Part shown: positions 7,494-16,285 of the stretch, one piece after another
How positions within the stretch are numbered: the first letter of the stretch is position 1
Layout: each line of letters opens with the position of its first letter
Assembly: GCA_035285125.1 (NCBI GenBank)
Contig: JAYKHR010000077.1
Coordinates: forward strand, 1 to 32,657
Direction of reading: 5' to 3'
Length of the DNA: 32,657 bases
Source: Candidatus Sericytochromatia bacterium
Lineage (GTDB): Bacteria > Cyanobacteriota > Sericytochromatia > S15B-MN24 > JAQBPE01
Made by a program: the position numbers and the translations under genes
The notes under the pieces: model-generated
What the model was told of the DNA's origin: nothing
Seen by the model: the letters and a program-made list of their open reading frames with translations, nothing else
The model's database searches: none

Positions 7494-8921
7494 TCACTTC
7501 ACGTTGACGGTGATCACCCAGCGCAGGTTGAGGTCGTTGGAGCCGAGCGTCAGCGTCAGGCGCGGCGTGCCAGCCCAGCCGGTGTTGATGTAGAGGCGCT
7601 CGATGTCGTCCCACCAGCCCCAGTCGTCGTGCTGGTAGTAGCCCGTCACGACCACCGCGTGGCCGCCGCCGTTGGTGTTGGGGGTGTCGTCGAAGCCCAG
7701 CAGCGGCGGGCGCTTGACCTTGATGGCGTCCCGGGCCGTCTTGAACATGTTGAAGTCCGTCCAGTAGAGATCGGGGTTGTAGTCCACGGTCCTCTCGCGA
7801 TCCTGCCGACCCCAGCGCACCCCCTCGATCTGCTTGGGCCACGTGGTGACGCCCTCGAGCCCGTTGCAGCGGGTGCTGCAGTAGCCGTTGATCCGCTCGT
7901 GCATCGCCTCCACGTTGGCGTTCTGGGTGAAGTTGGTCTCCCGGGCGCCCAGCACGGTGTTGCGGCCCTTCTGCTCCCAGTAGCCGTAGACCATCCCCCA
8001 GGCCACGGGCACACAGCCGACGTAACAGCCGTTATAGGTGTGCTGCGCGTACCGGGGCACCTCCCGGCCGAAGCCCTGCCGGGTGCCCAGCAGGCGGTAG
8101 ACCTTGGGGCCGGCGGCCGTGGGCGCCGGGGCCTCCAGCTCGCGCCAGCGGTCGGCGATGTAGCGATCCTGGCCCTTTAGCTCGACGAGCTCGCGCTTGC
8201 CCGCGCGGAACGCCACGAAGTCGAAGCCTCCCACGCTGGAGGTCGCCCACGTGCCGTCCGTCGCGTCCTCGACGCCGTAGGAGAAGGCCGAGAAGCGATA
8301 GAACACGGGCTCCTTGGGGGCCTTGCCCAGCTTCGCGCGGTAGGCCGCCAGCAGCGCCTCGCGGTGCCCCCGGCCCTCGTCGGCGGACTCCGGCACGGGC
8401 AGCATCTCGCGGGAGGTGTTCACGACGATGTGGCCGAGGTCTTCCTCCTCGCCGTCCGTCACCAGGAACTCGTAGGCCCCTGGCCCCTTCGCGAAGCCGT
8501 CTTGCAGCGCCAGCGGCGCGCCCTCCGCGAGGCGCGCGGTCGCGGGCCAGCCCCCGTCGGGGCCCTCCTCGGCGCGGGTGCGCTCCAGGTACCGCTGCGC
8601 GATCACGCGTGCCTCGTCCTGCTCCAGGCGGCGGGCGTCGGGGCTCGGCTTGAAGGTCCGGAAGTCCGGGTGGCCCACGATGGACAGCAGCGGCTGCCCC
8701 GGCTCGGCGACCGGGGGCTTGAGCCCGAAGGCGGGCCGGGGCGTGCGGATGCGGCCGTCGGTGGCGGGCCTGACGCCGAGCGCCAGGCCGCTCAGGCCCT
8801 CGCCACCGGGCGTGGCCGCGGCCTGCTCCAGGGCCTTCTGGGCGCTGGCGACGAGCTCGGGGGTGCAGCCCGCGAGCAGCAGGGAGAGGGCTGTCAGGCC
8901 CGACGCAAGGTGGTGGCGCAA
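7494..8921 (-). CDS. C10-family (streptopain-like, papain clan) cysteine peptidase with Spi-like prodomain, predicted lipoprotein
   Basis: GCVPVAWGMVYGYW (catalytic Cys), GGGHAVVVTGY (catalytic His) and LYINTGWAG. Prodomain-like GHIVVNTSREMLPVPESADEG. LLLAGC lipobox. Likely TTG start at 8921 after GAGGA. Confidence 0.82.
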   Translation of the reverse strand: MRHHLASGLTALSLLLAGCTPELVASAQKALEQAAATPGGEGLSGLALGVRPATDGRIRTPRPAFGLKPPVAEPGQPLLSIVGHPDFRTFKPSPDARRLEQDEARVIAQRYLERTRAEEGPDGGWPATARLAEGAPLALQDGFAKGPGAYEFLVTDGEEEDLGHIVVNTSREMLPVPESADEGRGHREALLAAYRAKLGKAPKEPVFYRFSAFSYGVEDATDGTWATSSVGGFDFVAFRAGKRELVELKGQDRYIADRWRELEAPAPTAAGPKVYRLLGTRQGFGREVPRYAQHTYNGCYVGCVPVAWGMVYGYWEQKGRNTVLGARETNFTQNANVEAMHERINGYCSTRCNGLEGVTTWPKQIEGVRWGRQDRERTVDYNPDLYWTDFNMFKTARDAIKVKRPPLLGFDDTPNTNGGGHAVVVTGYYQHDDWGWWDDIERLYINTGWAGTPRLTLTLGSNDLNLRWVITVNVK

Positions 8922-9018
8922 GGGGGGCTTCCTCAGAGGACCGGGTCGTCGACCCACCAGCCTACCATGCGGCACGGGCGGGCACCCCAGGGTGCCCGCC
9001 CGCCCAAGGCCCTCGCCC

Positions 9019-10047
9019 TCAGGCCGTGTAGTCCTTGAGCCACTTGTGACGGCTCGGGTGGCGCAGCTTCCGCAGCGCCTTGGCCTCGAGCTGGCGGATG
9101 CGCTCGCGCGTCACGCCGAAGCACTGGCCGACCTGCTCCAGCGTGCGCTCCTGGCCGTCCTCGAGGCCGAAGCGCAGCAGCAGCACCTGCCGCTCGCGCG
9201 ACGAGAGCGTGTTGAGCACGTCGAGGATGTCCTCGCGCAGCAGGCTGCGGGCCACGCCGTCCACCGGGGCCGTGACGTTCTCGTCCTCGATGAACTCGCC
9301 GAGGCGCGCGTCGTCGTCCTTGCCCACGGGCGTGTCGAGCGAGGCGGGCTCAGCGGGCAGCTCCAGGATCTCCTGCACCTTCGCCACGGAGACGCCCATC
9401 TCCTCAGCGACCTCCTCGCCCGTCGGTGTGCGGCCGAGTCGCTGGATGAGGTCGCGGTGCGTGCGCTTGAAGCGGTTGACGGCCTCGAGCATGTGCACCG
9501 GGATGCGGATCGTGCGGCCCTGGTCCGCGATGGCGCGGGTCATCGCCTGGCGGATCCACCACGTGGCGTAGGTCGAGAACTTGAAGCCCTTCTTGTAGTC
9601 GAACTTCTCCACGGCCTTCATGAGGCCAAGGTTGCCCTCCTGGATCAGGTCGAGCATCGTCAGGCCGCGGCCGGCGTACTTCTTGGCGATCGACACGACG
9701 AGGCGCAGGTTCGCCTCCGTCAGCTTCTTCCGCGCGCGATCCCCGTCGAGGCCCCCCTCGGCGATGCGCCGGGCGAGGTCGGCCTCCTCCTTGCCGTTCA
9801 GCAGGGGGATCTTGCCGATCTTCCGCAGGTACAGGCGCACGGAGTCGGCCGTCGTGCCCGCCATGGCGGCCAGCTTGGCCGAGTCGACCGCGGGCTCCGC
9901 GGCCTCCGCAGCCTCCTCTTCGCCCTCGAGCGTGTCCTCTTCGACGCCCTCAGGGGGGCCCTCGAGTTCCTCGAGGGCCTCGTGGAGAGCCCCAACCTCG
10001 ATCCTGGCGCTCGTGCCGTCCAGCTGGTCTAAACTACCGGTGCGCAT
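9019..10047 (-). CDS. RpoD/SigA-family sigma-70 factor
   Basis: [16 protein letters not shown] (1.2), [49 protein letters not shown] (region 2), SLDTPVG (region 3) and [30 protein letters not shown] (4.2). AGGAGG lies 7 nt before the ATG at 10047. Confidence 0.96.
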   Translation of the reverse strand: MRTGSLDQLDGTSARIEVGALHEALEELEGPPEGVEEDTLEGEEEAAEAAEPAVDSAKLAAMAGTTADSVRLYLRKIGKIPLLNGKEEADLARRIAEGGLDGDRARKKLTEANLRLVVSIAKKYAGRGLTMLDLIQEGNLGLMKAVEKFDYKKGFKFSTYATWWIRQAMTRAIADQGRTIRIPVHMLEAVNRFKRTHRDLIQRLGRTPTGEEVAEEMGVSVAKVQEILELPAEPASLDTPVGKDDDARLGEFIEDENVTAPVDGVARSLLREDILDVLNTLSSRERQVLLLRFGLEDGQERTLEQVGQCFGVTRERIRQLEAKALRKLRHPSRHKWLKDYTA

Positions 10048-10132
10048 CCTCATCCCTCCTGCTTTGCTCGTGACGGGCGTGCCACCAGGAGTTCCGGTGA
10101 CCGATGCCTGACTGGAGCCCAAGGCATGTAAA

Positions 10133-10161
10133 GTTATATTAAGGTGCCTGGGCCTTGTCAA
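10133..10161 (-). promoter_or_regulatory. Near-consensus sigma-70 promoter for the sigma-factor gene
   Basis: Minus strand reads TTGACA-17 nt-TATAAC, within an AT-rich patch in otherwise GC-rich DNA. Confidence 0.7.
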
Positions 10162-10338
10162 TGGCCAAAGCGCGAGACCGCAGGCTGCACGGCGGCGCGG
10201 TAAGCGACCACGCACGGTCGACCGCAGCGCTGTCGCAGCCCTGGCGATCTCAGGTTATGTCGCCGCACCAGGGGCGCGCGGTGATGTCCGTCTCAACCCG
10301 TTGGCCGAGTTGATCTGGCCAGATCTGACGTGTCGGGC

Positions 10339-10932
10339 TCAGGGCTCCCCGCCCGGCGGCGCGACGACACGCCCGGCGCCTGCCTCCGAGGCTCGGGGGG
10401 GCCGCGTCGGCCGCGGCCACATCGGGGGCGTCGCCGACACGGCAGGCGTCGGGGCGCCCGGGGGGGGCGCCGCGTCGGCGTACTGCGACCGGATGGTCTG
10501 CTCGAGCGCGTGATCACCCACCTCGGCCGCCGCTGCCGCCGCGAGTCGCACCTGGCGCGCATAGGCGGGCTTGCCGCGCAGCCGCGCGAGGATCGCGTGC
10601 AGCAGCGTCACATGGCGCAGGCGCACGGCCCACGTCGCGGCCGTGTGGCCCTGGCAGTCGGTGGCCTCCGGGTCTGCCCCCCGGGCGAGCAACAGCGCCG
10701 CGGCCTCGGCGTGGTTGCGACGCACGGCGAGCATCAGGGGCGTGCGGCCCTTCGGGTCCCGCGAGTCGATCGGGGCGCCTGCGCCGAGGCGCTCCTCCAG
10801 CAAGGCCACCATCCCCTCCTGCGCAGCCTGCAGCAGCACCTCGTCGCTGCCGCGCGCCTCGGCCCGGGCTGGGCCGGCAAGGCACACGGAGGCGGCAAGG
10901 AAGGCGGCGAGGAGGCGGTGGGCGGGGCGCAC
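10339..10932 (-). CDS. Exported ankyrin-repeat protein
   Basis: LLQAAQEG...GAPIDSRDPKGRTPLMLAVRRNHAEAAALLLARGADPEATDCQGHTA are ankyrin repeats. Signal peptide ends in ARA/AEA. Pro-rich tail. Confidence 0.85.
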   Translation of the reverse strand: MRPAHRLLAAFLAASVCLAGPARAEARGSDEVLLQAAQEGMVALLEERLGAGAPIDSRDPKGRTPLMLAVRRNHAEAAALLLARGADPEATDCQGHTAATWAVRLRHVTLLHAILARLRGKPAYARQVRLAAAAAAEVGDHALEQTIRSQYADAAPPPGAPTPAVSATPPMWPRPTRPPRASEAGAGRVVAPPGGEP

Positions 10933-11080
10933 GCCTTCCTTCTACCCGCCGGCGCGGCCTGCCCGTGCGGCCAGCCACAGCTCTGCCCCGACGGGGAAGA
11001 GGCTCAGCCCCGGGCGGAGCGGTCGGCGACCGGGACGGGGGTGTTGGGCCTGCCCGCGCAGCGCCGCTCGCCGCCGAGGC

Positions 11081-12025
11081 TCACCGCACGTACCGGTAGC
11101 CGATCACGTAGACCGTCACGTCGCGCATCGCGTTGCGGGCGCCGAGCCCCTCCGGGTCGCCGCCGAGGGCGAGCCGCACCCCGGCGAACGGCGAGGCCGC
11201 CCACTGGGCGCTCACCACGAGCTTGGGCTTCGCCGAGGGCAGGGCCGTCGCGCCGCTGGGCGCCACCCAGCCCCCCACATAGCCGTTCGCCCCGACGCCC
11301 AGCCGCCAGGCGTCGCTCAGGCGGCGGCTCAGGTGGAGCTGGTACAGCCCCGTCGGGCCGAGCGCGAAGGGGTTCTCGGGCGGGGGTTGGCTCAGCGGCC
11401 GCTGGTGGCCGGCGTTGAGGGACGCCTCCCAGTCGTCCCACTGGACGACGGCCACCAGCCCCAGCGCCCCCGTCCAGTAGCCCAGCCCCGTCAGCCGCTC
11501 GGCCTCCCCCACGGCCGTGCCCAGCGGCACGCTGGTGCTGCCCCAGGCCGCCACGCCCAGGGGGCCCCACTCGCCCAGCGCCTGGCTGGCCTGCAGCACG
11601 AGGTCGCCCACGCCGCCACCGAGGCGGGCGGGGCCTTCCGCGGCCGCGAGGCTGCCGAACATCCCCCAGGTGGCCCCCTCGACGCGGTGCCCGACCACCG
11701 GGGCCTGCAGGCCGAGGCTCAGCCCCGGCGCCGGGAAGTGGTGCACCGCGAGCAGGCCCTGGGCCGTCAGCAGCGAGCCGCCCTCCGGGGGGGCGGTCAC
11801 GGCGCCGAACTCGTCGAAGCTGCCCGTCGCGGCGCGCAGGCTCACGCCCTGCTGCACCAGCCAGCGCGTCCCCATGCTGAAAAACGACGCGGCCCCGCCC
11901 GCCGCGCCCAGGTCGGCAGAGGTGCCCGAGCCGCCGCTGCTGCACGAGAGGCAGGTCGCGGCGGCAGGTAGCGCGAGGGACATGACGAGCAGGGTGCTCG
12001 CGGTGAGTGCGGCGAAGGGGAGCAA
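11081..12025 (-). CDS. Putative outer-membrane beta-barrel ('transporter'/MetA-pathway-like family) with N-terminal CxxC
   Basis: Signal peptide, then TCLSCSSGG. GGVGDLVL...VPLG...LTGLGYW resembles the G.GD....P.G....G.G pattern of this family. Alternating beta-strand pattern and C-terminal YVIGYRY. Confidence 0.6.
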   Translation of the reverse strand: MLPFAALTASTLLVMSLALPAAATCLSCSSGGSGTSADLGAAGGAASFFSMGTRWLVQQGVSLRAATGSFDEFGAVTAPPEGGSLLTAQGLLAVHHFPAPGLSLGLQAPVVGHRVEGATWGMFGSLAAAEGPARLGGGVGDLVLQASQALGEWGPLGVAAWGSTSVPLGTAVGEAERLTGLGYWTGALGLVAVVQWDDWEASLNAGHQRPLSQPPPENPFALGPTGLYQLHLSRRLSDAWRLGVGANGYVGGWVAPSGATALPSAKPKLVVSAQWAASPFAGVRLALGGDPEGLGARNAMRDVTVYVIGYRYVR

Positions 12026-12168
12026 GGTGGCAGGCTCGGAGCCAGGAGCCTTCCCGGCCCGCCGTGCGGGGCCGGCCGGAAAGGCACGGGCGCGGAATGA
12101 GGGCTGATGCTCGCAGTATACGCGGATGCGGACGGCGCGCTCAAGGTGGCCGCCTGCCTCCGGGCTGC

Positions 12169-13395
12169 TCAGGGCTGGCCCATCCCGGCCTCAGGGCCCA
12201 GGCGCCCGAGCCACGCGCCCAGGCCCACGAGCCCCAGCAGCGACCCGAGGCCGGCCAGCACCGCGGCCACGCCGACGCCCTCGACCACGAAGCCGATGGC
12301 GCCCAGCGGCACGGTGGCCGCCAGGTTCAGCACCATGTTCTGGGCGCCGAAGACCTTGCCCCGCACGGGCTCCTCCACGAGCTCTTGCAGGCGCGTCTGC
12401 AGCGGCACGGCGACCAGCGCCGCGGTACACCCCAGCAGCCCCGCCAGCGCGAACGCCGCCTGCTTGTGGTCGGGCCCCAGGGCGGCCAGCCCCACCAGGG
12501 CGGCTCCCGTCGCGACGAACCCGGTCGTGACGGTGGCGTCGCGGCTCCAGCCCGCCCCCGGGTGTCCGACCACCCAGGCGCCTGCCCCGAGCCCCAGCCC
12601 GGCCACCGCCAGGAACCAGCTGAAGTTGGTGTGCAGCACGGTCTTGGCGTAGATGATCGCCAGCACGCTGAGGGCCGCGAGCGTGGCGTAAATGGCCACC
12701 TGGAGCGCCAGCGTCCGACGGATGCCGCCCCGGGAGCGGATGTAGGCCAGCCCCTGCGCGAACTGGGCCCAGAAGCCCTCGGCCGTCGGGAGGGCCTGGG
12801 GGGGCTGCGTGTAGCGCACGAGGCTCAAGAAGCCCACGGAGGCCAGGAAGGTCCCCGCCACCCACCAGGCCGCGGCTCGCGTGCCGAGGCCCTGCGTCAG
12901 GGGCTCGCCGAGCGTGAACGCCACGATGATCGAGCCGATCATGGTGGTCGCGAAGACCGAGTTCGCCTGCAGCAGGTGCTCGCGCGGCACCACGAGCGGC
13001 ATGGCGGCCTGCTCGGCCGGGATGAAGGGCTGGGAGGCGCTCGCCACCAGGAAGGCCAGGGCGATCGCCAGCGCCACGTGGGCGTGGCCGAACAGCCCGA
13101 GCCCGAGCACCAGCGCCGCGCGGGCCACGTTCGAGCCGATCATCACGGCGCGCTTGTCGACGCGATCCACCCAGACGCCAGCGAGCGCCCCGAAGAGCAC
13201 GTTCGGCACGGTGTGCAAGGCCAGCGCCACGCTCATGACCCGCGGCGAGGCCGTGAGCCCGCTGACGGTCTCGACGAGCAGGATGAAGACCAGCTTGTCC
13301 GCCACCTGCGAGCAGCACTGGCCAAGCCACATCACCAGGAAGGAGCGGTTGGCGAGCAGCGGGCCGAACCCCGCCGGGGCTGCAGGCGTGGACAT
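12169..13395 (-). CDS. MFS transporter
   Basis: NRSFLVMWLGQCCSQVADK, GVWVDRVDKR (motif A), QPFIPAEQAAMP and RGKVFGAQN; about 12 hydrophobic segments. Confidence 0.93.
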   Translation of the reverse strand: MSTPAAPAGFGPLLANRSFLVMWLGQCCSQVADKLVFILLVETVSGLTASPRVMSVALALHTVPNVLFGALAGVWVDRVDKRAVMIGSNVARAALVLGLGLFGHAHVALAIALAFLVASASQPFIPAEQAAMPLVVPREHLLQANSVFATTMIGSIIVAFTLGEPLTQGLGTRAAAWWVAGTFLASVGFLSLVRYTQPPQALPTAEGFWAQFAQGLAYIRSRGGIRRTLALQVAIYATLAALSVLAIIYAKTVLHTNFSWFLAVAGLGLGAGAWVVGHPGAGWSRDATVTTGFVATGAALVGLAALGPDHKQAAFALAGLLGCTAALVAVPLQTRLQELVEEPVRGKVFGAQNMVLNLAATVPLGAIGFVVEGVGVAAVLAGLGSLLGLVGLGAWLGRLGPEAGMGQP

Positions 13396-13402
13396 GGTGG
13401 GG

Positions 13403-13411
13403 AGTGTAGCA
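13403..13411 (-). promoter_or_regulatory. Extended -10 element (TGCTACACT) 7 nt before the MFS ATG; probable leaderless transcript
   Basis: Minus strand reads TGC-TACACT-CCCCACC-ATG; no Shine-Dalgarno. Confidence 0.55.
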
Positions 13412-13440
13412 CACCCCCCACCCGATGCCTCGGCTGGCCG

Positions 13441-13902
13441 TCAGGCCTCGATCTTGAGCTTGCGCGCCTGCGCCTTCTTGTGGGGCTCGGCCAGTGGCGC
13501 CCGCACCGTCAGCACCCCGTTCTTGAAGGTGGCCCCGGCCTCGCCCTCCTTGATGCGCTCCGGCAGCGCGATGATGCGGTCGAAGCGCCCGTACTGGCGC
13601 TCCGAGCGGAAGTAGGTGTCCTCGCGGATCTCCTCCTCGCGCTTGGACTCCCCGCACAGGTGGATCGCGTCCTCGCTGATCTCCACCTCCACCTCGTCGG
13701 GGTCGAGGCCCGGCAACTCGGCCGTCACGATGACCTCGTTGTCACCGGTGTAGACCTCCACGTTGGGCATGAAGGCCCGCGTGCCCTCGAAGGCCGGCAG
13801 GTGGCCGAACAGGCGGCTGCCGCTCATCTGGTCCCACATGCGATCCATCACCCGACGCATCGACTCTAGCTCGCCGAGCGGCTCCCAGCGCATCAGTGCC
13901 AT
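13441..13902 (-). CDS. Hsp20/alpha-crystallin small heat-shock protein
   Basis: AELPGLDPDEVEVEI, SERQYGRFDRIIALP, ATFKNGVLTV and C-terminal LKI (IXI-like). Strong purine-rich RBS. Confidence 0.96.
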   Translation of the reverse strand: MALMRWEPLGELESMRRVMDRMWDQMSGSRLFGHLPAFEGTRAFMPNVEVYTGDNEVIVTAELPGLDPDEVEVEISEDAIHLCGESKREEEIREDTYFRSERQYGRFDRIIALPERIKEGEAGATFKNGVLTVRAPLAEPHKKAQARKLKIEA

Positions 13903-14007
13903 GGTCCTCTCCCTCCTGTCATCCCGGGCCGGGCGTCTCGCGTCCCGACTCCGGGGAGATGGTACGGGGGGGGGCCTGGCCTCGCCAACAGGCGGTCACG
14001 GCCCTCG

Positions 14008-14772
14008 TCAGGGCTCGCCCTTCCAGTCGAACATGCGCTGGGCCTTGAGGTCGCGCTCGGCATGGAAGCTGGTGTAGGCCTTCAGGGCGCTGCGCGCCTG
14101 GGCCGCGAGGTCGGCCGGCACCTCGGGGGGCTGGCCCGCCTCGAGGTCGAGCGACCGCAGCCCCACGAGCAGCTGCCAGGCGGCCCCCGTCAGGCGCCGC
14201 GGCCGGCTCGCGAGCTGCCCCTCACAGCCGACGCAGACGGCCCCACCCGCCTCCACGGCGAGCCCCGCGAACCCCGAGGCGTCGGTGATGGGCTCGCCAC
14301 AGGCGGTGCAGGCCTCGAGCTCGGGGCGGTAGCCAAGGGCGTCGAGCAGCTGCAGCTCGAAGGCGCACAGCAGCACCTCGGCGGGTGCGCCGGGGCCGAG
14401 CCTGCCGAGCAGCCGCGCGTACATGTCGTAGGCCTCCGGCTGCGGGTCGTCCTCCGCCAGGAAGGCGAGCAGCAGCTCGGTGGCCGCGAGCCCGGCCGCC
14501 AGCGCGTCGAAGTCGGTGGCGACGGCGGGGAAGCGCCGCAGCGACTCGGCGCCGGCCACCACGTCGAGGTTCCGGCCGCGCACGAGCGTCACGGAGGTCT
14601 CCCGGAACGCCTCCAGCCTTCCCCCGAGCCGGCTGCCGGCCTTGCGCAGGCCGCGGGCCAGGGCGCGGCGCAGCCCCTGCTCCCGCGTCAGCAGCACCAG
14701 CACCCGGTCGGCCTCGCCCACGGCATGCTGGCGGAGCACGAAGGCGGTGAGCGTGTGCTGGCGGTCGTCCAT
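14008..14772 (-). CDS. recO: DNA repair protein RecO
   Basis: VLRQHAVGEADRVLVLLTREQG, ARGLRKAGSRLGGRLE and FELQLLDALGYRPELEACTACG...GGAVCVGC (zinc finger). Start at MDDRQ (14772). Confidence 0.95.
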   Translation of the reverse strand: MDDRQHTLTAFVLRQHAVGEADRVLVLLTREQGLRRALARGLRKAGSRLGGRLEAFRETSVTLVRGRNLDVVAGAESLRRFPAVATDFDALAAGLAATELLLAFLAEDDPQPEAYDMYARLLGRLGPGAPAEVLLCAFELQLLDALGYRPELEACTACGEPITDASGFAGLAVEAGGAVCVGCEGQLASRPRRLTGAAWQLLVGLRSLDLEAGQPPEVPADLAAQARSALKAYTSFHAERDLKAQRMFDWKGEP

Positions 14773-14792
14773 GGCGTGGCTGGCCCGGGCCG

Positions 14793-15506
14793 TCAGGCCG
14801 CCGGCCGGGTGGCGATCGCGATCACCGAGAGGCCGAAGGGGCGTGGCAGCCACTGCTCGGCCCGCAGCACGGGCACGAGCGCGTCGATCAGGCGCAGCTG
14901 CCCGGCCGGCAGCAGGGTCTTGCCCAGCACGTTGCCGTTCACGAACCAGCCGAGCGCCCCCAACATATTGAAGTACCAGGTGCGCTCCAACCCGAACCCC
15001 GCCCGCGTGAGCAGCGCCGCGAGCCCCCGCTTCTCGTAGCGCCGGAAGTGGCGCACGCCACGGTCGAAGCCGTTGAAGAGCCTCGGGTGCGCCGGCACCA
15101 GCAGCACCAGTCGGCCGCCCGGCGCAAGGCGCTCGAACATCCGCCGCAGCGCCGCCTCGTGGTCCTCGATGTGCTCCAGCACGTTCAGGCAAACGACGGT
15201 GTCGAAGGCCTCCCGCTGCAGGCGCTCGGGGGCGGCCTCGTTGAGGTCCCAGGCGTCGACCGTCACGCCTGGCTGGCTGCCGAAGCGGGCCTGCAGGTCC
15301 CGCAGGCTCGCGGGCTCCACGTCCGTCAGCGCCAGGCGCGGTGCGCCTTGCAGGAACGCGCTCATGGTGCCGGTGCCTGAGCCGATCTCCAGCACGCTGC
15401 CCGTGATCGCCGGTGCGAGTTGCTCGATGATCCACCGGTTGTAGCGGCCGAGGTGCGCCTCCACCAGGTGGAGCGTCTCACGGCCGAGGTCGAGCGTGGT
15501 GGTCAT
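14793..15506 (-). CDS. Class I SAM-dependent methyltransferase
   Basis: VLEIGSGTG, FDTVVCLNVLEHIEDH, LAPGGRLVLLVPAH and HFRRY. ATGA overlap with the upstream GT2 stop. Confidence 0.9.
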   Translation of the reverse strand: MTTTLDLGRETLHLVEAHLGRYNRWIIEQLAPAITGSVLEIGSGTGTMSAFLQGAPRLALTDVEPASLRDLQARFGSQPGVTVDAWDLNEAAPERLQREAFDTVVCLNVLEHIEDHEAALRRMFERLAPGGRLVLLVPAHPRLFNGFDRGVRHFRRYEKRGLAALLTRAGFGLERTWYFNMLGALGWFVNGNVLGKTLLPAGQLRLIDALVPVLRAEQWLPRPFGLSVIAIATRPAA

Positions 15507-16279
15507 GGCGGGCTCACGGCCTCTGGGAAAGAGGGAAGGGTCGTGGCGGAGGCCTCTGCGTTCGGGCTGGCCTCGGGTCGCGTCGGCACCGGCGTGCGGT
15601 CCAGCCAGCTGTAGCGCACCAGCACCCATAGGGCCTCGAAGGCGTCCCGCAGGCCGATCTTCTTGCCCTCCGCGTACGAGCGGCCGTAGTAGCTGATGGG
15701 CACCTCGTAGATGCGCCACCGGCCGCGGGCCAGCTTGACCGTGACCTCGGGCTCGAAGCCGAACCGGTCGGAGGCCAGCGGCATCGCCTGGATGATCTCG
15801 CGGCGGAACATCTTGTAGCACGTCTCCATGTCCGTCAGGTTGATGTTCGTGAAGACGTTGGAGAGGAAGGTCAGCAGGCGGTTGCCGACCTGGTGCCAGT
15901 AGTTCAGGGCGCGGCGGGGGGTGCCTGCGAAGCGGGAGCCGTACACCACGTCGGCCACCCCGCTGGCGATCGGCTCGACGAGGCGGGTGTAGTCTTGGGG
16001 GTCGTACTCGAGGTCGGCGTCCTGCACCACCACCACGTCGCCCGTGGCGTGCTTGAAGCCCTCCCGGATGGCCGCCCCCTTCCCCATGTTGCGGGGCTGG
16101 AAGACGATCACGTAGCCCGGGCGGCCTCGCAGCAGGTCGAGGAAGAGGCGGGTGCCGTCGCGCGAGCCGTCATCGACGATGATGATCTCCTTCTCGAACG
16201 GCGTTGCCTCCACCCGGGCGAGGATCTCGCGGATGGTGGCCCGTTCGTTGTAGACCGGCATGACCACAGACAGCTTCAC
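15503..16279 (-). CDS. GT2 glycosyltransferase (DPM1-like polyprenol-phosphate sugar synthase)
   Basis: LSVVMPVYNE, IIVDDGSRDGT, NMGKGAA, QDADLEYDP, VVYGSRF, TDMETCYK and FGFEPE. Confidence 0.95.
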   Translation of the reverse strand: MKLSVVMPVYNERATIREILARVEATPFEKEIIIVDDGSRDGTRLFLDLLRGRPGYVIVFQPRNMGKGAAIREGFKHATGDVVVVQDADLEYDPQDYTRLVEPIASGVADVVYGSRFAGTPRRALNYWHQVGNRLLTFLSNVFTNINLTDMETCYKMFRREIIQAMPLASDRFGFEPEVTVKLARGRWRIYEVPISYYGRSYAEGKKIGLRDAFEALWVLVRYSWLDRTPVPTRPEASPNAEASATTLPSFPEAVSPP

Positions 16280-16285
16280 GGTGTC

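Noticed and set aside
3364..8921. RiPP cluster with a multicore precursor and proteases
   Set aside because: No modifying enzymes (rSAM, YcaO, ATP-grasp, LanM) or peptide exporter in the window, and the repeats sit within a folded lipoprotein.
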